Both the position numbers and the translations under genes were made by a program. Below the pieces are notes generated by a model, which worked only from the letters and a program-made list of their open reading frames with translations, did not search any database and was not told the origin of the DNA. A stretch of 64,000 nt of DNA, taken from contig JANRKS010000032.1 of the NCBI GenBank assembly GCA_033763315.1, positions 576,001 to 640,000 of the forward strand, in the 5' to 3' direction. The number at the start of each line of letters is the position of its first letter. The first letter of the stretch is position 1. Shown here one piece after another: positions 20,518 through 29,164 of this stretch. This stretch comes from Deltaproteobacteria bacterium. Lineage in GTDB: Bacteria > Myxococcota_A > Polyangia > Fen-1088.

Positions 20518-21897
20518 CTAATTGGGCTCTTGTATCTGCACACCTTGCAAGGGTCCGCACATGGCAAGGCCGCCAAAACCTGCGGCGCGCACGCCCATGA
20601 TGTTTAGGAGCGTGCAGCCCAAGCGGTGATGGGGTTGAGGTCCGGCGTCAATCAGCTGTCCGCGTGTTTTCATCCGTCCACGTGCGCCGCCCAACATCAC
20701 CACAGGGATGTCGCTCATCCCGTGGGGCCCGGTGGCAAGCTCATTGCCCCAGACGATCAGCGAATTGTCCAAGGCCGTGCGTCCGTCTGTGGAAGGAAAC
20801 GCCAATAGGCGTTCACCAAGGTCGGCAATCAAGCTGGTGTACCACTTCTTGATTTCGGTGTTGATGCGTTCGATCTCCGGATCGCCTTGGTCTTGGTGGG
20901 CCACGAAGTCATGCGCATCTGATGGCATGCCGGGGATCTTCAACCAATCGTAGTGAAAGTGCTCACCGCCGCGACCGAACTGAAACGACAACACGCCCAC
21001 CATATTGCAGGCAACCGTGTTGGCGATGAATTCGATGAACAGGCGGCACAGAATTTCGGCGTTGGCTTCGTTGCCTTGGCCAAAACTTGGCACGCCCCGT
21101 TGCGCAGGTTGCGCCTTGGCACACGCAGCTGCTCGTGGCGGCAAGGCGGACGTCAGCCGGCGCTCGAAGTCGCGCACGGCCGTGGCGTGGAGCTGCACCT
21201 TCGCGCGCTCTTGGGGGCCCAGCCGGTTTTCAAGCAGCCTCAGATCATCAGCCACGCTGTCGAGGATCGAACGCTTCTGTGCCAGGCGACGCTTGGCACT
21301 TTCAGGATCGGGCGGCGCGGCCTTAGACGCACCAAACACTGTTTCATACAGCCTGTAGATGTCGAGCTCACACGGTGCCTGTTGCATGCGTCCCGTGGCG
21401 GAAAACGAAATGCGCCCGGCGTTGATCGCTTTGTAATTCACAGCATGCACGCCGCAGTGAATGTGGCGAAGGCTGCCGGCACCGGAAGGCACTTCATTGG
21501 CGATGCGTTGATCCAACGAGATGCCGCCGCCGAACGAGCCGCCCGGGCCCAACACGCTGTCAAAGCCCGAGTAAAGGCCATGAAAGCCGCGGTCGTGTTC
21601 ATTGCCACTGGGCGATTTGATCGCTTGATAGTTGATGCCTTTGATCAACGTGGTCTGCGCCGCCAAGCGCGGGTCGTTGAGCAACGCGCGCAGGATCGGT
21701 GAATCAAACGTTCCTGGGGCGGGCCAGAAATTCTTTTGGTTGGTGCCATTGGTTTGCATCAACAACACCAAAGCCGGTGGTCCTTGCGCTTCCGCTTCGC
21801 TAGCGAACGCGCGGCGCAGAAACATGGGAGTGGTCAAAGTGAGACCTGCGGCCTTCAGCAGGTGGCGCCGAGTGAAAAGCCGCGAGGACGGAGTCAT
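20518..21897 (-). CDS. DUF1552 domain protein (Tat-exported)
   Basis: TRRHLLK twin-Arg leader, ISLDQRIA, RSILDSV, LDNSLIVWGNE, HxxxDIPVVMLGG. Confidence 0.85.
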   Translation of the reverse strand: MTPSSRLFTRRHLLKAAGLTLTTPMFLRRAFASEAEAQGPPALVLLMQTNGTNQKNFWPAPGTFDSPILRALLNDPRLAAQTTLIKGINYQAIKSPSGNEHDRGFHGLYSGFDSVLGPGGSFGGGISLDQRIANEVPSGAGSLRHIHCGVHAVNYKAINAGRISFSATGRMQQAPCELDIYRLYETVFGASKAAPPDPESAKRRLAQKRSILDSVADDLRLLENRLGPQERAKVQLHATAVRDFERRLTSALPPRAAACAKAQPAQRGVPSFGQGNEANAEILCRLFIEFIANTVACNMVGVLSFQFGRGGEHFHYDWLKIPGMPSDAHDFVAHQDQGDPEIERINTEIKKWYTSLIADLGERLLAFPSTDGRTALDNSLIVWGNELATGPHGMSDIPVVMLGGARGRMKTRGQLIDAGPQPHHRLGCTLLNIMGVRAAGFGGLAMCGPLQGVQIQEPN

Positions 21898-23543
21898 GGT
21901 CTTACTCGCCTCTCGAAGCTGGCGTGGCCCACGAAGGCCAAGAACAGTGAATCTATGCGATTGCCATGTTGTTCGAACGCTTGCTGTAGATCAGCGATCA
22001 CGCATTGATCGGCATCTGTTGCCGGACGGCCAGCCGCAAAACGGAAGAACTGTTGCACGAAGCAGTCGCTCACGGCACGGCTGTGCGCCAGCTTCTCGGA
22101 CAGCTGCGCCACGCCCACAAACGCGCCATCCACGTCCGTATCCAGCAACATGCCTTGTGCATCCACCGGCAGCTCATTTTCGGTTGTTCGGTGGCGCCCA
22201 AGGCCATCCATGTCTTCGAGTCCAAAGCCGATCGCATCAAACGCCGTGTGGCAGCCGGCACACCGTGGCTCTGAACGATGTTGTTCGTATTTTTGCCGTG
22301 TCGTCCTTGCCTTGTCGGTGGCATCGATTGTTTGAGCGGCGATTTGCACGGCCAAGTCCGGCGGCGGGGAAGGCACCTGTTGGCACAGCAACTGGCGGCG
22401 CACCAGCAGGCCCCTTTCGATCGGTCCCGAGTGTTGATCCGCCGCGTGGTACGTGAGCCACGCGGGCAGTGACAAAACGCCGCGGCGAAACACGGGGGAA
22501 AGCACAGACCCATGTTCCGTCATTTGCAATTCATCGCCGTAGATGGAAAACAGAGCGGCGGGGATATGCTGGCTTGTGTCCGTGAACAGCGCCTGCAGTG
22601 TGGCGTCGGGTCCAAAACTGTGAGCTCGCACAAAAGCGTCTATCTCCGCTTGCATGGCTGTCGCCACTTCAGCTGAATACGCGGCGAACGCGTCGCCGTT
22701 CTTGGGCGCCGTTGCCACATCGTCCATGTCCAACCAACCCAGGATCAGCCGCTGCGCCTGCGCGCGGCCGCGCGGCGTTTGCAGCAATCGTTCAACTTGC
22801 ATTTGCCTATGCTCGGGCAGGGCCAAGAGTCCCAAGGAGGCAACCGTGGTGAGCGTCTCGTCGGGTCGCGCGGCCGTGGTGAGCAACGCAATCTGGTTTG
22901 CCAGCTCGTTGTCCGTGAGCAAGGATGGATCCAGCGTTGGCGTTACGTGGCCAAGTTCAGTGCTGTAGAGCGTGCCCGGCGCTTGCAGAACGTATTCGAT
23001 CACCAGCCGAAGCGCGGTGGGTGTGTCGTCGGCCTGGTCCGAGAGCGTGGTCAGCGCAGCGCGCTCTGCGGCCGTGGGCGCGCGCCCGAAGGCGCGGTGG
23101 GCGAAGGCCATAGCAAAGCGATCCACGCACGCTTGGCGTGCTTCACCCAGCTCGCACACGGCATTCGGCAAGGCTTCGCGGCTCAACGTTTCGGCCACCA
23201 CGGCAAATGCACCTTGCATCAGCGAGCCCACGCGCAACGCATCGTCTTGGTTATCAAAGCCGGCGATGTTGGGCTCCGCAGGCAGCAAGGTGGCCGCGCG
23301 TTGCCGCGCTTGGGTGCCCAACAAATCCTCAACCACGTTAAGATATTCGCGCTGCGACAACCGACGAACGCGCGGCGCCGGTGCTTGTGCGCATGTGAAG
23401 GATGGCGTCACCACAGCGTCAGCGGTCCCTGCGTCAACCACGGGCGGTGCAACCACTTTCGGCATGTGAGGGTGCTCGCAAGCGCCAAACGCGAGCGCCG
23501 CCACGAGGAGCAGCGCTTGGCGATGCGCCCTCACGCTACACAT
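21894..23543 (-). CDS. DUF1592/DUF1588 (DUF1587-1595-1585) c-type heme lipoprotein
   Basis: Lipobox FGAC, RRLSQREYLNVV.DLL, PIERG..VRRQLLC, CAGCH, IGFGLE.MDGLGR; ATG overlaps the murI stop (TGATG). Confidence 0.85.
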   Translation of the reverse strand: MCSVRAHRQALLLVAALAFGACEHPHMPKVVAPPVVDAGTADAVVTPSFTCAQAPAPRVRRLSQREYLNVVEDLLGTQARQRAATLLPAEPNIAGFDNQDDALRVGSLMQGAFAVVAETLSREALPNAVCELGEARQACVDRFAMAFAHRAFGRAPTAAERAALTTLSDQADDTPTALRLVIEYVLQAPGTLYSTELGHVTPTLDPSLLTDNELANQIALLTTAARPDETLTTVASLGLLALPEHRQMQVERLLQTPRGRAQAQRLILGWLDMDDVATAPKNGDAFAAYSAEVATAMQAEIDAFVRAHSFGPDATLQALFTDTSQHIPAALFSIYGDELQMTEHGSVLSPVFRRGVLSLPAWLTYHAADQHSGPIERGLLVRRQLLCQQVPSPPPDLAVQIAAQTIDATDKARTTRQKYEQHRSEPRCAGCHTAFDAIGFGLEDMDGLGRHRTTENELPVDAQGMLLDTDVDGAFVGVAQLSEKLAHSRAVSDCFVQQFFRFAAGRPATDADQCVIADLQQAFEQHGNRIDSLFLAFVGHASFERRVRP

Positions 23544-24394
23544 CAGCCAATCTCCACCTTTTGCACTTGAACCGGCTGATCCAAAATCCACGTGGCGTGT
23601 TCAGCGAACCATTCCGGATCGTCCGTTGTCACGAATTCACGGCGGCCCTGTCGGGTGAGGCGGCTTGTCATGTCCGGGTGACGCCGCAACCAATCCGCAA
23701 GCCGGTCTGCCACAAGCGGTCCCTGCGCCAGCACTTCAACCGCTGGAGGCACAATCTGCCGGATGCCCGCGTAAAGCAGCGGGTAATGCGTACAACCCAA
23801 CAGCACCCGGCTGGGCGCGGTGCTGGGATCAACGAACAGCGGGTCGAGGTATTGATGCAAGAAGTGTTGCGTGCCCGGGCTGTGCAGTTCACCTGCTTCC
23901 ACCAGTGGCACCCACATCGGGCACGCTTGTTGAATCAAGCGCAGCCGCGGCGCCAGCTTCGCCAATTCCAGGCGATAAGAATCCGAAGCGATTGTGCCCT
24001 TCGTTCCCAGCACAGCCACCGTGCCTTCGGCAAGGGCAGGCGGCGTCACGCCGGGCACCGCTCCAGGCGGCAACCCCGCCAACGCTTCCGCCGAAGGGCG
24101 CACCACACCCAGCAAACGTTTGTCGGGATGATGCGTTGGCAAATAGCGCTGCTGCAAAGTGCGAAGCGCACGGGCCGAGGCTGTGTTGCATGCCAACACC
24201 ACCAGGGGGCAGCCTGCAGCGAACATGTATTCCACCGCCTGCCGCGTGAACGCCGTCACCGTCTCGTGGCTGCGGATGCCATACGGCGAGCGCGCGCTAT
24301 CACCCAGGTAAAGGTAGTCGTATTCCGGCAGACGCTGCAGCAATGCTTGCAACACCGTCAGCCCACCGAAGCCAGAGTCGAAAACGCCGATCAA
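23543..24394 (-). CDS. murI: glutamate racemase
   Basis: IGVFDSGFGGLTV, LACNTAS, LGCTHYP. Confidence 0.96.
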   Translation of the reverse strand: MIGVFDSGFGGLTVLQALLQRLPEYDYLYLGDSARSPYGIRSHETVTAFTRQAVEYMFAAGCPLVVLACNTASARALRTLQQRYLPTHHPDKRLLGVVRPSAEALAGLPPGAVPGVTPPALAEGTVAVLGTKGTIASDSYRLELAKLAPRLRLIQQACPMWVPLVEAGELHSPGTQHFLHQYLDPLFVDPSTAPSRVLLGCTHYPLLYAGIRQIVPPAVEVLAQGPLVADRLADWLRRHPDMTSRLTRQGRREFVTTDDPEWFAEHATWILDQPVQVQKVEIG

Positions 24395-24546
24395 AACACC
24401 CCACTTTACACAGAGGCTGAGAAAAAAGGCTGACTGGGCTGCCGCTTCTCAACGCCAAGCCGCGCAGATGGTGCATCGCGGCTTGCGGCAGCTGCCCGAG
24501 CTTGTGGAAGGCCCGCCTGCTACAGTCGGCCCCCTCACTCCCCAAG

Positions 24547-24870
24547 ATGAATATGCCCGCCGCCAACCCGAAGAAGCAGTCGTTAATGCCCGCTGGTCCT
24601 TTGCGCCGCAAACTGCGCGCCGCAGGTCACAACTTGCGCCCGATCGTTCACATCGGCAAAGACGGCACAAGCGCCGCCGTGCTCAAACAGTTGGATCAGG
24701 CGTTGCTGGATCATGAACTTGTGAAGATCAAAATTGCCGGCGAGTGCCCGCAAGATCGCGGCGAGGTTGCTGCCACGCTGGCGGCCGAGCCCAATCTCGC
24801 TGTGGCGCAAGTGTTGGGTCGGACCATTCTTGCCTACCGCAAGCATCCCGAAAAACCTTCGTTCGAGTAG
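24547..24870 (+). CDS. yhbY: YhbY/CRM-domain RNA-binding protein
   Basis: LRAAGHNLRPIVHIGKDG, HELVKIK, QVLGRTILAYR. Start uncertain. Confidence 0.9.
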   Translation: MNMPAANPKKQSLMPAGPLRRKLRAAGHNLRPIVHIGKDGTSAAVLKQLDQALLDHELVKIKIAGECPQDRGEVAATLAAEPNLAVAQVLGRTILAYRKHPEKPSFE

Positions 24871-24878
24871 CCGCGGCC

Positions 24879-26093
24879 ATGACCAAATCGCCCGAAGAGA
24901 TGTTGCGCCGCAAGCGCAGCCTTCGCTCGTTGATGTTGATTCTGTTTCTGGGCGGCGTTGCGGTGCTCATCTTGTTGGTGCGCGCGCGCGTCCGTGGCCC
25001 CACCGACGCCGATGAATTTTTGGAAACCATCGCAGCATCGCGAGCCGACGTGGCGCTTGTGGCGTACACGGTAGGGGCCGACGGTTTGCCTGACGCATCC
25101 GATCCAATTGTGCAGCAAAACGCCGGCGAGAAATTTCCGTTGGCCGCTGTGGCGCGCATCCCTTTGTTGTTGGCTTACGCGGACGCCGTGGTGCAGGGGC
25201 GCGCGAAAGTGGATGAGCCTGTCTCTCTTGATGCGTGGGAACGCCATCACCTCAACGGTACGGACGGCGGCGCGCACGCCACGGCCTTGCGCGCGCTTGG
25301 TTTGCATGTAGATGCCGAAGGCTTCTCAGTGGCGCCCAAGCGTGACGTGTTGCTTGACGATGTTGTGGCGGCGATGATCCAGCACAACGATAACTCGGCG
25401 GCGGATTTTGTTTTGGCCCGCTTGGGTGCGGTGGCGGCGGCGCAAGCGCTCTTAGATGCAGGCTTGACGAATCATGATCCCATCTTGCCCACCGCCGGCT
25501 TTTATTTGGCCGCCGCTGATGCCGATACGGAAGCGGGTGCCAAACGCGTGCTGGCACAGGGGCCGCAAGCCTTGTGGCAAACCGTGCAAGCTGCCGCGGA
25601 TCGTTTTGCGAAAACCGAAGCGGGAACGCCCGCGCAACGGCAATGGTTAGACAAACACCCAACGCCTGGCACAGGCGTGCAAGCGCTGTGGGCCGATCAA
25701 GCGTTGACCCAAGGCGTGGCTTCACAATACGCCACGCTTATGGCGAAGATCGCCACGGGTCACTACGGCAGCGCCGCTGTCTTGCCGATCGTGCAACGTC
25801 ACTTGGCGTGGGCGATGAAGCTCGAAGGCAACGAGAAGTTGTTCAAAACATTCGGCAGCAAAGGTGGCACCTCCGTGAGCATCATGACCGAAGCGATGTT
25901 CGCGGTGCCCAACCAAGGTGATTACGCGGGCAAAACGCGCGTGGTTGTGTTCTTAAACCGCCGGATGCCATCACTGCGTTGGTTCGCGCTCGTGCGCAGC
26001 TATGTGCACCAGCAATTCATCATGAAGCTGGCGCTCGAACGTGCCTTTGCCACGAAGGTGGCCGCGACGTTTGCCGCTCCTGCCGCGCCCTAA
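24879..26093 (+). CDS. membrane-anchored class A beta-lactamase-fold serine hydrolase homolog with degenerate active site
   Basis: N-terminal TM; FPLAAVAR at the SxxK position, MIQHNDNSAAD at SxN, SKGGT at KTG. Confidence 0.75.
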   Translation: MTKSPEEMLRRKRSLRSLMLILFLGGVAVLILLVRARVRGPTDADEFLETIAASRADVALVAYTVGADGLPDASDPIVQQNAGEKFPLAAVARIPLLLAYADAVVQGRAKVDEPVSLDAWERHHLNGTDGGAHATALRALGLHVDAEGFSVAPKRDVLLDDVVAAMIQHNDNSAADFVLARLGAVAAAQALLDAGLTNHDPILPTAGFYLAAADADTEAGAKRVLAQGPQALWQTVQAAADRFAKTEAGTPAQRQWLDKHPTPGTGVQALWADQALTQGVASQYATLMAKIATGHYGSAAVLPIVQRHLAWAMKLEGNEKLFKTFGSKGGTSVSIMTEAMFAVPNQGDYAGKTRVVVFLNRRMPSLRWFALVRSYVHQQFIMKLALERAFATKVAATFAAPAAP

Positions 26094-26123
26094 AGGCCCT
26101 TTTCGTCTGTTACGCCGAGTTTG

Positions 26124-26396
26124 CGTTGCTGCCACAACCCCGAAACGAACTTTGAGGCACACTAAGCCCGGGTCAAGGTTGGGGTGTTCGTGGCGGCGGC
26201 GTTGTGTGATGGCAGGGGCGCGGGCGAGGGCAGGTGAGGGGCGGCAGTGGCGGCGGGCGGGGGTTCGTCAGCGGGTATGGGCAGGGGGGCCAAGGGCGGG
26301 TGGCTGGGCGGGCAGGGGCAGGGGGCGGAACGACAAAGCGAATCGGGGGCGGCGGTCGTCGTCGAGGTTTCTTCGGAAACTGCGACGGCGGCTTCC
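26124..26396 (+). other. G-skewed structured intergenic region (two long hairpins flanking about 18 G-runs); candidate ncRNA or 5' leader
   Basis: Stem 26124-26135/26190-26201; about 20 bp hairpin 26351-26396 capped by C(TTCG)G; many GGG+ runs at 26170-26349. Confidence 0.45.
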
Positions 26397-26485
26397 GCGT
26401 TTGTGCCGTTTGCAAAGCAAATCGATGACTTGGCGGCAAAAACAGCAGCCGCCCGTGGTTTTGATACGCTTAGAGACAGCCGCGC

Positions 26486-27121
26486 ATGAGCCAGAACGTG
26501 GCACCTGCACGTCTTCTTTACTGGCACATGAAAACTGGCGGCACACTGCGTCTGGTCAAGCCCGAGCCTCTCGAGGGCGCGGTAGGCGTGCCTTCGGTGC
26601 CGGCTCTGTACCAGCTCTACAGTCGCTACGTGGCCAGCATCGCCGCCAAACTGCTGGGCCGCGAAGATGAAGTGAAGGACGTTGTCCAGGACGTGTTCGT
26701 GGCGGCCATGGAACACTTGGACGAACTTCACAAGGCGGAGTCCGTCAAAGGTTGGCTCGCAGCCATCGCCGTCAACAAGGCCACCAGCCGGCTCCGGCGG
26801 CGCAAAGTGCGGGCCATGTTTGGCCTCGACAGCGGTGTTCACACACCGCCCGCGCATCCTGCCAGCCCGGAGCAGGCCGCCTATCTTGCGCAGCTCTATA
26901 AAGAGCTGGATCAGCTGCCCGTCAGCCACCGTGTGGCTTGGACACTGAGGTATGTGCAAGAAGAGCCGCTTGAAGAGGTGGCAAAGCTTTGTGCGTGTTC
27001 GTTGGCCACAGCCAAGCGTTGGATCGCTTCGGCGCAAGAGGCAATCGTGGCGCTTGAAGCCAAAGCGGGCGCTTCAGGAGGCGGTCCGCAAGCAAGACGA
27101 CCAGGGGAGGGGAAGGCGTGA
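26486..27121 (+). CDS. ECF RNA polymerase sigma factor
   Basis: Region 2 DVVQDVFV...WLAAIAVN; region 4 LDQLP..HRVAWTLR...EVAKLCACSLATAKR. Confidence 0.9.
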   Translation: MSQNVAPARLLYWHMKTGGTLRLVKPEPLEGAVGVPSVPALYQLYSRYVASIAAKLLGREDEVKDVVQDVFVAAMEHLDELHKAESVKGWLAAIAVNKATSRLRRRKVRAMFGLDSGVHTPPAHPASPEQAAYLAQLYKELDQLPVSHRVAWTLRYVQEEPLEEVAKLCACSLATAKRWIASAQEAIVALEAKAGASGGGPQARRPGEGKA

Positions 27122-28203
27122 TGAACGATATGATCAAGGCACTAAAAGATGTGGAACCAGCGTGGACGGGCGCTGAATATGATCGCTTGTTCGCGGACGC
27201 AAAGTCTCGCGTTTCGCAACGGCGGGCGCTTCGACGCCGCCTTCGCGTGGCCGGTGGTGCTTTGGGTGCTGTGGCGTTGGCGGTGAGTGTTTTGTCGCTG
27301 GTCAGGCGGCCCGCGCCAACCACCGTGGCCCAGATTGAGACGAACCAGATGGCAGCAAGCTCGCGCTTGTTGCGCTTCCCTGACGGGTCCACCGTTGAGT
27401 TGCTCAAGCCGCAAACCACACTCACGCCGCACGAAGTGAGCCTCACGCAAACGCATCTTGAATTGGCTTCGGGGTCGGCCCGCTTCGCCGTCACATCGCA
27501 ATCCGTTCCGCACTTTCGCGTGGATGTGGGCACCGTTTCGGTGGAGGTGCTGGGCACCAAATTCGATCTCGAGCGGCAAGACGCGCGCACACTTGTGACG
27601 GTTCAAGAAGGCCTCGTGTGGGTGACGTGGCCTGGCGGCGGGGCTGAAGTGCAGGCCGGCCAATCGGGGGTGTTCCCTCCCGTCACCGGGCGGCCTTCCG
27701 CGGCGGCAAGCGCGCCACCGGCCGCCCGCGTGAGCTCAAGTGATTGGCGGCGCCTGGCCCGCCGGCAAGACTTTCGTGCAGCCTTGAACGTGCTCGAGCG
27801 CGAACAGCCGGTGGTGCGCGATGAGCCGGGCGATCTCTTGCTGGCCGCGGACGCCGCGCGCTTGGGTGGCAAACCCGCCAAAGCCGTGCCGTACCTGCAG
27901 GCGGTTGTAAAGCGGCACCCCGCGGACGCGCGCGCCTCTGCAGCGGCGTTCACGTTAGGGCGGCTCTACCTCGACGCACTCGGTGAGCCCCGCAAAGCGG
28001 CTGACTGCTTCGCCGACGCCCGCCGGTTGTCGCCGCACGGTCCTTTGGCCGAAGACGCTTTGTTTAGGCACGCGGAGGCTTTGGCGCGCGCGCAAGCATG
28101 GCCACAAGCCAACGCCGCGCTTGCCGATTTCGAGCGTCTGTTCCCGAACCCGCGCCGGGCTGAGGCGTTGCGCGCGCTCCTACGAAACCAACACCGGCCT
28201 TAG
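27118..28203 (+). CDS. FecR-domain anti-sigma factor with C-terminal TPR
   Basis: Single TM, FecR motifs FPDGSTVEL, VEVLGTKF, VQEGLV; C-terminal TPR helices (AAFTLGRLY, LAEDALF). Start overlaps the sigma stop. Confidence 0.85.
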   Translation: MMNDMIKALKDVEPAWTGAEYDRLFADAKSRVSQRRALRRRLRVAGGALGAVALAVSVLSLVRRPAPTTVAQIETNQMAASSRLLRFPDGSTVELLKPQTTLTPHEVSLTQTHLELASGSARFAVTSQSVPHFRVDVGTVSVEVLGTKFDLERQDARTLVTVQEGLVWVTWPGGGAEVQAGQSGVFPPVTGRPSAAASAPPAARVSSSDWRRLARRQDFRAALNVLEREQPVVRDEPGDLLLAADAARLGGKPAKAVPYLQAVVKRHPADARASAAAFTLGRLYLDALGEPRKAADCFADARRLSPHGPLAEDALFRHAEALARAQAWPQANAALADFERLFPNPRRAEALRALLRNQHRP

Positions 28204-28207
28204 CTGT

Positions 28208-29164
28208 ATGTGGCATGGGCGGTTGGCTTGGACGTGCGCGCTGCTGGCGGTGCTTGCTGCCCCCGTGCATGCGGCACCGCCGGCGACCAAACCCGTGATC
28301 CGCATCGAGGCGTGCGCGGACCTCAACGACGCGGCTACGCGCAAGTTGCTTGCGCTTGAGTTGGGCAGCCTGGCCGAACGCTCCACCGTCAGCATTCATT
28401 GTGATGGCACCACGGTTGTTTTGAATGTGACGGCGGGCGAGCGGCAAGGCAGCCGTTCGATGAACTTGGCGGGAACAGACGCGCGCGCTTGGCCCCGCAT
28501 TCTCGCGCTGTCCGCTGTGGAGCTGTTAACTGAGCCCATCATCACGCCAGAGGTGGCCGAGGTGGCGAAACCGAGCGCCTCGCAACCAGCCACAACCATT
28601 GCCGCGGTGGCACCCGCTCCTGTGCGCTCTTCGCCCGTGGGTGTGCAGATCGCGCTGTTTGCCGGCGCGTTGATTCGTGCGGTGCCTCGGCTGCAGACAA
28701 GCACGACGGGGCTACAACTTGGCGGCATTGGTGTGTGGCCTCAGCCGCTTGGGCCATGGCGCTTGGGTGCGCGCGTGGCGGGCGGTTTCGAGCATGGCCA
28801 GCGTTCACTGGATGCCGGCGATGGTGTGGCCAACGCGGTGTCGGCGCTTGTCGCGATGATGGCGTTGCGTCCTGGCCGATGGGCGCCTTGGGGCAGCGTT
28901 GGGCTGCGCGCCGGTCGCGCTTGGTTGCAAGGCGTGCCCACCGACATCGCCACGGGCTCTTCTTTTTCCGCGCCATGGCTTGGGCCTGAAGCGAGTCTCG
29001 GGCTGCAATGGCGCGGCGTGCATGGCCTTGGGGCCGGTGCGCATGTCGACGCGGGGTATGCCGCCGTCGCCGCCGTGGCGCGCGGCATAGCGCCCACTTC
29101 GTCACGCTTTGGCTACGACGGCGCTTGGTTCGCGCTGAACATTTCGCTAGCCTTGCAGCTGTGA
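28208..29164 (+). CDS. exported protein with N-terminal alpha/beta domain, Pro/Ala linker and C-terminal beta-barrel-like region
   Basis: Signal peptide (LLAVLAAPVHA); alternating Gly/hydrophobic strands ending WFALNISLALQL. Confidence 0.6.
   Translation: MWHGRLAWTCALLAVLAAPVHAAPPATKPVIRIEACADLNDAATRKLLALELGSLAERSTVSIHCDGTTVVLNVTAGERQGSRSMNLAGTDARAWPRILALSAVELLTEPIITPEVAEVAKPSASQPATTIAAVAPAPVRSSPVGVQIALFAGALIRAVPRLQTSTTGLQLGGIGVWPQPLGPWRLGARVAGGFEHGQRSLDAGDGVANAVSALVAMMALRPGRWAPWGSVGLRAGRAWLQGVPTDIATGSSFSAPWLGPEASLGLQWRGVHGLGAGAHVDAGYAAVAAVARGIAPTSSRFGYDGAWFALNISLALQL

Noticed and set aside
23402-24433. Long antisense or alternative-frame ORFs (also 1298-2206, 29740-30672 and others)
   Set aside because: Expected shadows of real genes in high-GC DNA; Arg/Ala/Pro-rich with no motifs.
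26162-27037. 291 aa minus-strand ORF with a Pro-rich tail
   Set aside because: Mostly the antisense shadow of the ECF sigma gene; the Pro-rich part simply mirrors the G-tract in several frames.
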